From the NCBI RefSeq assembly GCF_006345805.1, contig NC_043011.1, forward strand, positions 41,118,464-41,182,463: 64,000 bases of DNA. Direction: 5' to 3'. The notes beneath the pieces are model-generated. The model worked only from the letters and a program-made list of their open reading frames with translations. It had not been told where the DNA came from and did no database searches. How positions within the stretch are numbered: the stretch's first letter is position 1; every line of letters starts with the position of its first letter. Below, piece after piece: positions 51,770-64,000 of the stretch. A program made the translations under genes and the position numbers. The stretch is from Octopus sinensis (taxonomy: Eukaryota).

Positions 51770-52352
51770 CTGTTTGCATAGAAATAAAAGAACTTTGGTA
51801 AACGATTCCAATCAATAATATAATCTTGATAACTGTCTCTTCTACCAAACCACTGAAGTACAGAGATGTAAACACACCAACACTGGCTGTCAATATACTC
51901 TTTCTTTTTAAAACAGATGTAATCTGAGGGAGATTTGGCTGCTATTTCTATCAAGTTAAACAATTATATAGAGGTTTATTATTCTTTTTTACTCTAGGCA
52001 CAAGGCCTGAAATTTTTGAGGTGGGGGCCAGTCGATTAGATCGACTCCAGTATGCAACTGGTACTTAATTTATCGACCCCAAAAGGATGAAAGGCAAAGT
52101 TGACCTCAGCAGAATTTGAACTCAGAATGAAAAGACAGACAAAATACTGCTAAGCATTTCGCCCAGCATGCTAACATTTCTGCCAGCTCGCCGCCTTATA
52201 GAGGTTCGTTATCAAGACACATTTGATGGAGATGGTGAAATGAAGAATCGGTGATATTCATGCCTTAACCAAACAATTACTGAATCTGCAAAACTATAGA
52301 ATAGATGTAAGGTTGGGGAGGGGGTGAGAGAAAATATAATCCAAAGACTTAC

Positions 52353-52422
52353 CGCCATTGGGGGTGTGGCTGTCAGTTCCAATAATCATTACACCTGGAA
52401 AAGCATAATTCTCGAGAACAAT
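52353..52422 (-). CDS. ACO2: Mitochondrial aconitase exon
   Basis: [23 protein letters not shown]; 70 nt. Confidence 0.96.
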
Positions 52423-52539
52423 CTGGTAAAAAGAGAAAAACAAAATTGAAAATAGATGAAGGACAAAAATTAACATAAATTTCTAATGTACATCTGTAAT
52501 GTAATTTCTAATGTACATTATACTTCATATAATCTAGGA

Positions 52540-53060
52540 CCAATGTCCAAAATGCTAGCGTTTTAAATTCATTGTTACAAGTCCACTGCCCCATGTCCAT
52601 TGTAGGTCCAGTAAATCAAATTCAGTGCTTTAAGTCCAGTGTCTAAAGTCCACAGTTCCAAGTGTACTGTCTTAAATCTACTGTCTTGAGTCCTGTGTCC
52701 AAAGTCTAATATCCCAAGTCTAGCATTCTCAATCCACTGTCTAAATCCAGTGTCCAAATTTAATGATCCAAGCTCAATTGCCCTAAGTTTAATGTTATAA
52801 CTTTGATATCCTTAGCTCAGCATTTTGGATCCACTGTCCAAAGTCCAGTGCCCTAAATTCAATATCCCAACTCCAGCGTCCCAAATCCAATGTCTCACGT
52901 CTACTGTTCTAGGTCCACTAACTTAAGTCCAGTGTCCTCAACTCATTGTCCAAATTCAGTGTCTTCAGTTCACTGTTCCAAGTTCACAGTCCTAAGCCCA
53001 CTGTCTCAAGTCTAGTGTCCCAAGACCATTTGTCCTAAATTTAATCTCTCATGTCCAGTA
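52540..53060. repeat. Degenerate ~14-bp minisatellite (aagtccagtgtcct-like)
   Basis: Direct inspection. Confidence 0.75.
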
Positions 53061-53486
53061 CTAGTTCACTAATATTTAATCAGCCAAACTGGAGCAGACA
53101 GGGGCAGAATTATTTACCTTGATTATTTAAGGCTCATAAAATTGCTTAAGAACACCGGAACTGACCACTGAACCAGTTAATGACCATATAGGTCAATGTT
53201 TATAACCTCAAAGCTATTAACTTCATCATTATTATTGTTTTTATTTACATCCACTTTTTCACGCTAGCATGGGTTGGACAGATTATTACAGCCAAAGTCA
53301 GAATTACAGCTCTTTTAAAAGACTTCAGACAAAATCTTGCTGATATATTTCTGCTTTTTGGGTTTTGTATCAACAAATAGATGATGTTCCTATAACTAAC
53401 CATTTTACAGGGTATAACCACGGGCATTTTTAGACTGGCACAAGCGCTAGAAAGATTGTTTTGCCACTGGCAAGATCAAAGACTTC

Positions 53487-53902
53487 GGATCTTTTCAGTT
53501 CGAACGGCAGTTTTTTAAAATAATTTCCATGTAACTAAACACTTTTAAACTTCGTATACTGGTAGAATGTGTTTATAAAACATCTTTTTCTCTTGGCTTT
53601 ATTGAGAAAATTCTATAGTTTGTAAGATATTTGTTGCTTTTTTTCTTCAATTTCTGCAATTTCAACCAATCAATGACGTCTATTGAGGTGAAAACATTCT
53701 GTGCCGTATGAAAATGTCCCTTGTTTAAGAAACAGATTGGGTTTATTTACATTTCTGAAGAAAAAAAGATACCCTTCCCCCACCCATAGCCCTAACCCTA
53801 AAATAGATTGAACTGCAAAAGATCGATACTAGAGTCATAATTATGGATGACAATTTCATATGACACCGCTAGAAAAAACTGCCGGTCAAACCGAAAAGAT
53901 CC
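53487..53902. mobile_element. MITE copy with 8-bp TSD AAGACTTC
   Basis: Same TIRs as 7335-7745; TSD read on both sides. Confidence 0.9.
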
Positions 53903-54159
53903 AAGACTTCTACTTACCACCACTCGCTATAGTCTCCCTTTGTTGGTTGACTGGCAATCGTCCCTAACAAAAGGATCTTCTCTTCTTTGTGTTTATTCGT
54001 CTTTATTCATCTCTCTCTCTCACACACACACAATTCTATGTAGAGATGGAGACATTGTGACATCGCTAAAATTACGCATTACTACATTCCTCCATACAAG
54101 TAGTGTAGTGGTGTAAAAATAAACGGTGATTGACGAAAATGAAAGAAGCTAAATGTTAC

Positions 54160-54252
54160 CTGATGAATGATGCCACTTCCGGGCCTCCAGAATCCTACGC
54201 CATATTTGGCGCCAGCTGTCTGTAGAAAGTCGTAGACCTCTTTGTTGATATC
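54160..54252 (-). CDS. ACO2: Mitochondrial aconitase exon
   Basis: DINKEVYDFLQTAGAKYGVGFWRPGSGIIHQ; 93 nt. Confidence 0.96.
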
Positions 54253-55349
54253 CTGCACAAGACAAGTGAGTTAAATGAAGATAACGAAATACACGTAAAA
54301 AGGGAGAGAACTCAGATTTGCAAACGAAAACTGGTCATGGGAGTGAACTAAGTAAATAAAACCGATGAGAGTATTTTAAATAGCAACAGGAGTTGCCAGA
54401 AACACTTTCCCACGTCTGACCCTACTATTTAAAAAAAAAATTGAAGGGTACACTGGATAATATCTTTGATTAGCAATCTGTGTTTCATACTCAAAGCATA
54501 TACGTCGTTAAAAGCCAGATAAACTGCAGGATTCATCTCAAGAAAGCATCTCTTATAGATATATATATATAGTGCTAAAAACAAATATATGAGACAAATG
54601 AAAATTGCCCAGCAACAGTAGTGGCAGATATAAACGTGCATTTCTGTTTCTTTGAGCTTCGTCAGCAACAAGTAGCCACTGGTAACTGCATGATCGTGCT
54701 CTGCTGCTTAGGAATGGTTTCTATGGCTGGATGCCCTTACGTAATGCCAACAACTTAACAGTGTGCTTTTGCTTCCCAACCATATGGTTTTGGGTTCAGT
54801 CCCGCTGCATGGCACCTTGGGCAAGTGTCTTCTACTAAAGCCTCAGGCCAACCAGGGCCTTGTGAGTGGATTTTGTAGATGGAAACTGAAAGAAGCCCAT
54901 CAAGTGTGTCTGTGTCCCCCAACACCGCCTGACAACTGATGTTGGTGTGTTTACATCCCTGTAATTTATAGGTTCAGCAAAAGAGACTGATAGACTAAGT
55001 ACAAGGCTTTAAAAAAATAAGCACCAAAAATTCTTCAAGGCGAGGCTCCAGCATGGCCGCAGTCTGATGACCAAAATAAGTAAAAGATAAAACATAAAAA
55101 AATCACATCTGTGAAATCTTGAAGCTATGAGATGATGCACAATTAATTCAAAACCCTGAGAATGAATAAGTATTACATTTAATTGAGTAATCTGAACATT
55201 AAAGGGTTACATGGCTGTGTGGTTAAGAAGCTTGTTTCCCAACCATGAGGACTCCAGTTCAGTCCTGCTGTACAGCACATTGGGAAAATGTCTTTTTTTT
55301 TTTCTTTTTTTAACCACAGAAACAAAAGCATAGAAATGTCTGCACTCAC

Positions 55350-55469
55350 TTTTGCCCGAGCCAGATCTTTCTCTCCACCAATCTGAGCTTCGATTAAGTG
55401 GTCGCAATGAATGGTGCTGGGAACGGCTACACGAGCCAAACCACTGGAAATAAACTGCAACATGGCCAT
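55350..55469 (-). CDS. ACO2: Mitochondrial aconitase exon (HCDH motif)
   Basis: [40 protein letters not shown]; 120 nt. Confidence 0.97.
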
Positions 55470-56753
55470 CTGAAGAACACAAAGAAAACAAGAAATACAT
55501 AATATGATTGAATATCCGGATATGGTAATATAACATGCAGCAAGCAGGAAAGAAGACAAGACCCCTACTTCTGTCAGGGAAATGGTATGCCTGATATAGG
55601 GGGACAGTGGAAATTTGATAGTGTACCCAGTGTAAAATAGGGATGTACAAAGTGTAGGGAGATCAGTGTCAGGCTGACAAAGAAGGTTGACTTTGTATGT
55701 GGCAGATACATAGGGACTGTTAACAAGAATACATGTGAAATCATCATCCTCATCATTTAACATCCATTTTCCATGCTGGCATGGGTTGGATGATTTGATA
55801 GGAGCTGACCAGGTGAAGGGCTGTTCAAGCTCCATGTCTATTTTGGTGTGGTTTCTGTGGCTGGATGCCCTTCCTAATGCCAGTTATATTCTTCCAAAAT
55901 GGTGAGAAGGCTTACTAGAAGTAGTTGATAATTTTTACCTTAGTCACTGTAGTAGAGGTCACAGGTATACAGAAAATGTGTAGCCAGAGTAAGAACTGGG
56001 TGAACAAAAGTGTCCTGAGCTTTTTGTAGGAATTCTGAGATGGGTGAGCTCTTTGAATGTGATTTAGGATGTCTGGGTGTGTAGAATCAGGATCATCTCA
56101 GATGTGGAGCAGTATGCTATTGTGGGTTTCACCTCAGCTTTATAAAGGTTTAGTAATTGTTGGGATGCAAGGAACAGGGTTACTTTCTGGCTATGAAGAT
56201 GACAGACTAAACACTCTGATGCAGTCTTTGCCACCTTCAACCCTAATCCTTCTCCTTATCATCATCATCATCATCTTTTTAATGTCCACTTTGCCATCAG
56301 ACAGAATTTGATGTGGAAGATTTTTCTACAGCCAGATGCCCTTCTTGTTGCCAATCCTCACTTGTTTTTGAGCAAGGTGATACTTCTCTATGGTTAAACA
56401 TGTGATCCATGGAAGACTGAAAACAACATACAATGTGCTTCTTTCAGCATCCATCAACCAAATCCATTTCACAAGGCTTTGGTCTGCCTAGGGTTATAAT
56501 AATGCTACGCAGTGGGACTGAATCCAGAACCATGTGGCTAGGAAGCAAGCTTCACAATCACAGTCACACCTGCACTTATTGAGGATGTATATTCATCAAA
56601 TCTTTTCTCAACAAAACAGTGCTCCCACTTCTTCCAACACTCACCAAGGAGGTGTGTCCACGGCGGTAAATAAAGACCAAACCAAGGGTGAAAACAAACA
56701 ACAGCAAAAGTAAAAGAACATAAAGTAAAAAGAACATAACATTGAAATATTAC

Positions 56754-56825
56754 CTGAGCTGTTGCATCTTGCATGGCTACTCGGTCAGGTCTGAGTTTCA
56801 AATAGCTTTCTCCACGAACAATATC
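56754..56825 (-). CDS. ACO2: Mitochondrial aconitase exon
   Basis: DIVRGESYLKLRPDRVAMQDATAQ; 72 nt. Confidence 0.96.
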
Positions 56826-56849
56826 CTGAAATGAAATAAAATGAAAGTG

Positions 56850-57520
56850 TGCAAGTTGGGCATATGAGGCATCAGAAATGTGGTGTGCAAGAGAGACGAC
56901 TGTGCTGGTATGGTCATGAGGTGCATATGGATGAGGACAGCTGTGTAAAGAAGCGTCGATCTCTAACTGTGGAGGGATCTTGTGGAAGAGGTAGACCTAG
57001 GAAGACATGGCATGAGATGGTGAAATATGACCTTTGAACTTTGGGCCTCAATATGCCATGCTCGAGAAAACCTGTCGAGCCATGTGAAATCATAGTCATG
57101 GTCGATACTGGTGTCACATAACTGGCACCCATGCAGGTGGCACATGAAAAACAACTTTCAAGCATTGGGCCTCATGAAGGCAAGGTGGCTAATGTCAGTG
57201 GCACATAAAAAGCACCTTTCGAGTGTTGGGCTTCATGGAGGCAATGACAAATGACAGACCTTTGGCAATATGCCCTGCTTGAATAGAAGACCCATTGAGC
57301 CAAGTGACATCACAGTCGTATCATGCAAATAGCACCCATGCCAGCGGCACATAAAAGCACCCATTACACTCTCAGAGTGGTTGGCATTAGGAAGGGTGTC
57401 CAGCCATAGAAATCATGCCAAAACAGACTAGAGTCTGGTACAGCCTTCCTGTTTGCCAACCCTGGTCAAACAGTCCAACCCATACCAGCATGGACAACAG
57501 ACGTTAAATGATGATGATGA
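56850..57520 (+). mobile_element. RTE-clade LINE C-terminus plus 3' UTR and (GAT)n tail
   Basis: ERRLCWYGH...VEGSCGRGRPRKTW, then the abundant 3' UTR repeat. Confidence 0.8.
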
Positions 57521-57538
57521 TAAGAAATATACAGAGGC

Positions 57539-57944
57539 CAGGCATGTGCCATCAGCAATTAATTAGGGTAGGCAGTTAGTGACATGTATATAGTAAAACA
57601 CAAAAAAATAAGCAAAACACAGGTGTGTGACTGAGTTGAAGGCAGATTTACTTCTGCCTTTATAACGCGTAAAGAAAACGTTTTTGTAGGATTGTACGCA
57701 GCATGTGTGCTGCAGCAGTAGTATGCATAGCTTTAATACTGAGATTGAAAGGCAGAGGCAAATTATACCTATCTAATCTACAAATAAATTAAATATTTTG
57801 CATTTTATGCATAATAATCAGAACAACCTTCATAATTTTATTGAATTAGGCATATATTTAACCATGAGAGGAATATGTTACTATTGATCTATTTTATGAA
57901 GGGTAGGCACTGCCTACCTTGCCTACCCAGGCAGCACATCCCTG
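57539..57944. mobile_element. hAT-like MITE with 8-bp TSD ACAGAGGC; right junction tandemly duplicated (55-bp period to about 58050)
   Basis: CAGGCATGTGC...GCACATCCCTG ends; TSD on both sides. Confidence 0.75.
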
Positions 57945-58582
57945 ACAGAGGCATATCTCTCTAGAAGCCATGTATCCCTGTATGCATCCCTACTCCCTGA
58001 CAGAGGCATATCTCTCTAGAAGCCATGTATCCCTGTATGCATCCCTACTCTCTGCTACAGGTGCATTCTTAAACTCAATTCAGTCATTGGACTGCAACCA
58101 TGTGAAGTGCCACACAGTTGTAAGTGATATATCACTTCAAGTTTAACCCTTTTTCCTACCTATTTTTTTTTTAAATTTAGGTCACTTCAACTCTTTTGTT
58201 ACCATATTTTTGTTGAAATACACTGCGTTTTATCATCATCATCGTCATCATCATCAGCCTCGTCATCGTTTTAATGTCTACTTTTCCATGCTGGCATAGG
58301 TTGACTAGAATTTGTCGAGGCATATTTTCTACAGCTGGATCCTTTTGCTGTTGCCAACCCTCACCCGTTTCCGATTAAGGTAATACTTTCCCATGTCCTG
58401 ACATGTTTTCGCAGAAGATTGGAAATGAAAGACAATGCTTTTATGACAGTGACACAGCTATTACAAATACATGTGTGTGCGTGTGTCTCATCTCTGCTTC
58501 TTCCTTCTTTGTTACCTATTTAATCAAAGGCATACCAATGTAAACCACAAGTTTCCCATTGTTATTATATCCATTTTCTTCT

Positions 58583-58623
<41 letters not shown>

Positions 58624-59336
58624 TTATATAAATAAATAAATATGTACACACATACATATACAATGGGCTTCTCTTAGTTTCCATGTACCAAAACCATTAA
58701 CAAGGTTTTGATTGACCCAGAGATCTAATAGAAGACACTTGTCCAAGATGTTATGCAGTGGGACTGAACTTGGGACCATGTGGTTGAGAAGAAAACTTCT
58801 TACCACACAGCCACACTAGTGGCTTTGTTTAAATTCACTTTGGAAACCATGAAGGATTTAGTGAAATATTTTTTCTCGTTGGTGCTTGGAACATAAATTA
58901 ACATAGAATTTTGATGAGAAGTTTCAATTTAGATCACCTTTGACTCTTTTGTTGCCTTTATATTTGTTAAAATAGACCAACTTTGTTCCAATAAATTTTT
59001 AAAATAAAGAATTTAGCGAAAGAATTTTAAGATGGTTATTAAGCTGGTATTTGGACATCATCATCATCATCATCGTTTAACGTCCGCTTTCCATGCTAGC
59101 ATGGGTTGGACGGTTCAACTGGGGTCTGGGAAGCCCGAAGGCTGCACCAGGCCAGTCAGATCTGGCAGTGTTTCTACAGCTGGATGTAGACATAATCGAG
59201 ATAAAATTTTGAGGGAAAGTTTTAATTTAGGTCACTTTATAAACAGGAAGCTTTATGTCATACAAGGGACAGTCTCAGGAGAGTTAGTATCAAAAGGGTT
59301 AGAGAATGAACTTAAAGGGATACACAAGAAATTTAC

Positions 59337-59403
59337 CTGTTCTTTAGGTTTGTCTAAATGTCCATACACAATCTTTTCGGAGAGTGTTAGGGGTCTGCCA
59401 AGT
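59337..59403 (-). CDS. ACO2: Mitochondrial aconitase exon
   Basis: (R)LGRPLTLSEKIVYGHLDKPKEQ; 67 nt. Confidence 0.95.
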
Positions 59404-59501
59404 CTGCCAGAAGATATAAAAGAGAGAGGACAAGGGTTAAAAATTCTTCAAACGCCAGGTAACTGAATACTGTGTTTAAGTAAATATATACATACGTGTG
59501 T

Positions 59502-59532
<31 letters not shown>

Positions 59533-59991
59533 CATATTGTATTTACTCATGCATAAGATGCACTCCAGTCTTTTTTGTTAAAATCATGTATAAAATAGTG
59601 CAACTTATATACACACAGATATGATATGTGTGTGTGTGTACTGTATTTACTCATGTATAAGTTGTACCCCTAATTTAGTGCTAAACCCTGGTACACGATA
59701 TTTTTCCCCTTCATTATTTTAGCTAATTTCCCTGTCTGTAAGTCACACTCCAGTTCTTTTCAGTTGAAAATCAAGTATGAAACATTGCAACTTGTACGTG
59801 AGTATAACTTGTACAGTTATATGTGAGAGGGCAACAACACAAAACAACACAACACAACACACACACACACGCATGCAATTCTCAAATTGAAAGCAAATGA
59901 AAACATAGAACAAATGAATGAAACACTGAATTCATTCATTCATTCATTTTTCATTTTCTTTTACTTTCAATTTGAGTACCATATCCAAGTA

Positions 59992-60856
59992 CGGATGGGT
60001 ACCCAAAAGTAACCAGGAATGTTCTCTGTGGGACAAGCCCATTGTAATTCGGCTTCTGCTGCTAGAAGCCACCTGATGCAACCCTCAGGCATCAGTCTGC
60101 CAACCAGCATTGTACACCTGGAGCATCTTTGTTTTGCAATGTTTCTCCCCTGTTCATCGAATTTTTGCGATGTCTGAAATGAAGGAACAGCATGCTCCTA
60201 TGAAATCCTGTTTTCCGCTGGGGAAAATGGCAGCCAAAACAGTTGTCATGTGTCATGCTTCAGACAGCTTACAAGGATGCTGCCATGAGCAAAGCACAAG
60301 TTTACGAGTGGTTTCCATGCTTTAAGAATGGTTTTTTTTGTTGCTTGAGGACCAACCTCGTTCAGGGCAACTGTCGAACCCCTGAATGAATGAAAACATC
60401 ATGAAAATTTGTGAACTGATAATGGAGGACCATCACCGAACAATTGACGAACTTGTTGATATGACTGGTGTGTCCTGGAGCTCCTGCCAACGAATTTTGA
60501 GTAAGGAATTGCCAATGAAAAGAGTTGGAGCAAAATTTGTGCCTCACTTGCTCACGGAAGATCAAAAGCAGTCAGGTGTGAATGTGTGTCATGAACTGAA
60601 AGAACAGTTGTAAGTTGATCCACACCTTTTTTTTCGAAGTCTGGAGACAAAAGCTGGTATTATGGAATTCACAGATGTGGAAGAGGTGAAGAAAAAAAAC
60701 AATGGAAGCATTGAAAAGCATCACTTTGCAAGAGTTCCAGCACTGCTTCGAGCAATGGACCGATGCATTGCTTCAAATGGAAAAACTTTGAAGGCAATAA
60801 AAGTGTAAACGTGTAATGATATTGCAAAATTCCAGTTAATTTTGGGTAACCCCTCA
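59992..60856 (+). mobile_element. Internally deleted mariner element
   Basis: TA-flanked TIRs gggtacccaaaagtaacc/gttaattttgggtaaccc; AYKDAAMSKAQVYEWF, DQPRSG, AKFVPHLLT motifs; DDD domain largely missing. Confidence 0.85.
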
Positions 60857-61559
60857 TATGTGAGTGTATGTTGTAATTAATTAATTAATTAATAAATTAA
60901 TTAATTAAATGGAAGGGTTAAGCATAAAGAGAAGAAGCTTCAAATTCCTTATTACTGCAGGTCTGCTTCCTATGAAATATACATGGGATGAGAGAGACAG
61001 GTGTACACCCTCATCACTGATGCTACTACCACCACAACAACAACCAACAAATTCACAGCCCATACTACAATTACCACCAAGACCAACTTCATTACAAATG
61101 CTACAACCACTACCAATACTACCAGCACCAACACAACCACTACAGCTACTACAATCACTTCCACCACCACTTCAATAAAACCATTGACTTCACAGCTACA
61201 ATGACCAACACCACCACAACTGACTCCACCACTATTACTACAGCCTCCACAATCAACTCCCTAGCTACAACTAGTCACAGCAAACTCTACTACCGCTACA
61301 ACAACAACCACTACCACCACCAGACCCAGAAACCAGATCCACTTAAAACCAATAAGGAAACATCTACTTGATTACTCTATCTACTAGAAATAGCAACCAA
61401 ATCTCACTCAAATTACATTGTGACATCTTGGAAAAAAGAAGCAAGAGCACACTGATAAATATAAAAAGACAGGCTGGTCATGGTTGGAGTGTCTTTAATC
61501 ATAGGTTAACTTTATTGAAGCTGACCCATAGCTAAACAACAACAGCCAGCTTCACTTAC

Positions 61560-61639
61560 CTGTCCTTAACGACATCGACGTTGAATTTCATTCTGTCATA
61601 GTCAATATAATTGCTGGTTTCAAATTTGCTCATAGCAAC
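61560..61639 (-). CDS. ACO2: Mitochondrial aconitase exon (start of mature protein)
   Basis: VAMSKFETSNYIDYDRMKFNVDVVKD(R); 80 nt. Confidence 0.93.
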
Positions 61640-61649
61640 CTGCCACAAA

Positions 61650-61697
<48 letters not shown>

Positions 61698-61702
61698 TAA
61701 CG

Positions 61703-62171
61703 GGATCTTTTCGGTTTGAACGGCAGTTTTTAACATAATTTCTAGGTAACTAAAAAAATGTGTTTATAAAACATCTTTTTTTCTTGGTTTTATTGAGAAA
61801 ATTCTATAGTTTGTAAGATATTTGGTCTTTAATTTCTTCAATTTCTGCAATTTCAACCAATCACTGGCGTCTATTGAGTTAAAAAGCATTCTGTGCCGTA
61901 TGAATATGTTCCTCGTTTAAGAAACAGATTGGGTTTATTTACATTTGTGAAGAAAAATAAGATACCCTTCCCACCCACCCCTAACCCTAAATCTAAAATA
62001 GATTGAAATGCAATAGATCGATTCTAGGGTCATAATTATGGGTGACAATTTCATATGACACCGCTAGAAAAAACTGCCGTTTTTCTAGCGGTGTCATATG
62101 AAATTGTCACCCATAATTATGACCCTAGAATCGATCTATTGCATTTCAATCTATTTTAGATTTAGGGTTAG
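61703..62171. mobile_element. Third MITE copy whose right end is replaced by a fold-back duplication
   Basis: Left TIR intact; 61981-62072 inverted at 62080-62171. Confidence 0.85.
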
Positions 62172-62251
62172 TTAGGGTTGCTTAGGGTTAGATTTTTTTT
62201 AGACATGTAGATTGTTAGATATATATTGAAAGAGAATATTAATGTACTGAC

Positions 62252-62314
62252 CTTTGAAGCTGCTGCTGATTGCATACGAAGTTGTTGTGTAACCATATTA
62301 GGAGTACAGAGTCT
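62252..62314 (-). CDS. ACO2: Probable ACO2 transit-peptide exon; first exon presumably upstream of the window
   Basis: RLCTPNMVTQQLRMQSAAASK has no acidic residues; strong polypyrimidine-CAG acceptor and GTCAGT donor; in phase with the next exon. Confidence 0.7.
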
Positions 62315-62475
62315 CTGTGGAAAGAAAAAGAAAATAGAATAAAATAGAATAAAATAAACAAAGAGCAATTTCATGTAAGTTGGTTCCACTGAAGGCATTT
62401 CAATGGAGACAGATTTGTTGCAGAGAAAGGGTCACAAATCAGTGACAAGAAAAATTGAATCAGGTGAATACATCT

Positions 62476-62674
62476 TAACCCTTTTGATACCAACCCGGCT
62501 GAAACCAGCTCTGGCTCTGTAGTACAATTCTCTTGTTTTCATAAGGTTTGAATTAAAATCTTCCACCAAACCTTAATGATAACTAAATTATTTTACTAAA
62601 TTCTTTGTTACATTTAAAATTAACTGAAAGAAACACAGAACATCTCAACAGAAATACAGTAGCGAAAGGGTTAA
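62476..62674. mobile_element. TTAA-flanked MITE, same family as the inner units at 39540-40265, opposite orientation
   Basis: ttaacccttttgatacca...gaaagggttaa. Confidence 0.75.
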
Positions 62675-62984
62675 GATAGTAGTAGCTAGGGAGGAATAGC
62701 TAACCTGCTAGAAATGGCAGTGAAGTTTCTTGCAAACCATACCTTACTGTTTAGCTTTTTGTCTTTTACTCGTTACACTCGTTGGACTGCAGCCATGCTG
62801 GGGCACTGCTTTGAAGGGTTTGCTCAGACAAAATGACCCTAGTAATTATTTTTCAATCCTGGTACTTATTCTATTGGTCATTCTTGCTGACTACTAAGTT
62901 AAGGAGATGTAAACAAACCAACACCAGTTGTCAAGGAGTGGTGGAGGGGCAAACACAAATATACACATATATATATATATATAT

Positions 62985-63380
62985 ATGATAGATCGCTAGC
63001 CACTACACACATTTTTTCTCTCCTTGTTTCTTTCTGTGTTCCGTTCTGTGGAAGAGCATAGGCTTGAAACGTTAAAGACTTTTTCTATTCCTGAGCGTTA
63101 TATTAATACATCTGTTTGTTTTCTAAACCACCTGTCTTTGTCTTTTGTTTTTTTGTGAATTCTCCCGATATATATATATATATATATATATATAGGGGAG
63201 AGTTCACAAAAAAAACAAAAGACGAAGACAGGTGAGGTACAAAACAAACAGATGTATTAGTATAATGCTCAGGAATAGAAAAAGTCTTTTACGTTTCGAG
63301 CCTACGCTCTTCTACAGAAAGGGACACAGAAAAAAACAAGGAGAGAAAAAAAATGTGTGTAGTGGCTACCAATCTATCAT
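62985..63380. mobile_element. Inverted pair of ~185-bp PLE-pseudo-LTR-like repeats around (TA)n, each with a minimal hammerhead-like motif
   Basis: Arms 62985-63168 and 63197-63380 are diverged reverse complements. Confidence 0.7.
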
Positions 63381-63392
63381 GGTGACTGTATA

Positions 63393-63930
63393 TCTCTTAT
63401 TATAAAAGGCAGATTTTATCTGCCTCCCTTTGGGAGTTATACAAATCTACAATATAGGATTTCTTCAATTACAATTTACCTAGCATTTTTTAGAGTACAA
63501 TGCATCGCGTCATGCCAGGTCCAGTTTTTAAAATTTAAACTCCAATTAAGCAAAATTTACAGAAAACTCACATTCTGGTGTGTGTGTCAAATGCTTTTCT
63601 TAGTCTGGTTTACACCACACGCAAACGCACACACACAGTGGGCAACGAATAAAATGAAAGTAAATAGCGACAGAGTGATTTGAGCAAGACTAAACTGAAA
63701 GTATTTAAACCACTACTCAAAAAATAAAGAAACACAGCAAACAGAAACAAATAAATACATAACGATTTAATCCTCACACAATTTCTTCAATTAGAGTTTA
63801 CCTAAGATTTTTCAGAGTACTTCAGTGGGTGATGCCATAAAAAATTTCTTTAAATTTTACCACCAATTAAGACAAAATTTGAGAAAACTCAATATTTTAA
63901 CATATCACTCCGAAAACATTGATGTACATG
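63393..63930 (+). mobile_element. Probable Helitron 5' part with an internal repeat
   Basis: A|TCTCTTATTATAAAAG start resembles the other Helitron 5' ends; 3' end not seen. Confidence 0.45.
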
Positions 63931-64000
63931 TGTGCGTGCATGAGTGTGTGTGTCTCATTCCTCACACACACGCATACACATACATATACAACTACATACA

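Noticed and set aside
60909-61330. Thr-rich mucin-like ORFs
   Set aside because: Degenerate (ACC/ACT/ACA)n repeat inside an ACO2 intron

Overview
AT-rich, microsatellite-saturated eukaryotic genomic DNA. The repeat landscape looks like a coleoid cephalopod, probably Octopus (my inference, not a database result). One host gene is present: mitochondrial aconitase (ACO2) on the minus strand. I assembled 20 coding exons by hand (62314 to the stop at 25833; 2319 nt, 772 aa plus stop). All introns are GT-AG and in phase, and the ATG-bearing first exon probably lies beyond 64000. The rest is mobile DNA: CR1-, Tx1/L1-, RTE- and R4/Dong-like LINE remnants, a Penelope-like GIY-YIG element, several tRNA-derived SINE families, Helitrons, Tc1/mariner relics, MITEs, and mini/microsatellites. 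The most interesting signals are (i) hammerhead-ribozyme folds in four unrelated repeat families, including a U3-A8 covariant core and an apparent tRNA-headed SINE with a hammerhead tail, (ii) a SINE whose 3' tail matches the Tx1-like LINE in the same window, and (iii) several local templated or inverted duplications, including a perfect 92-bp hairpin in an ACO2 intron.
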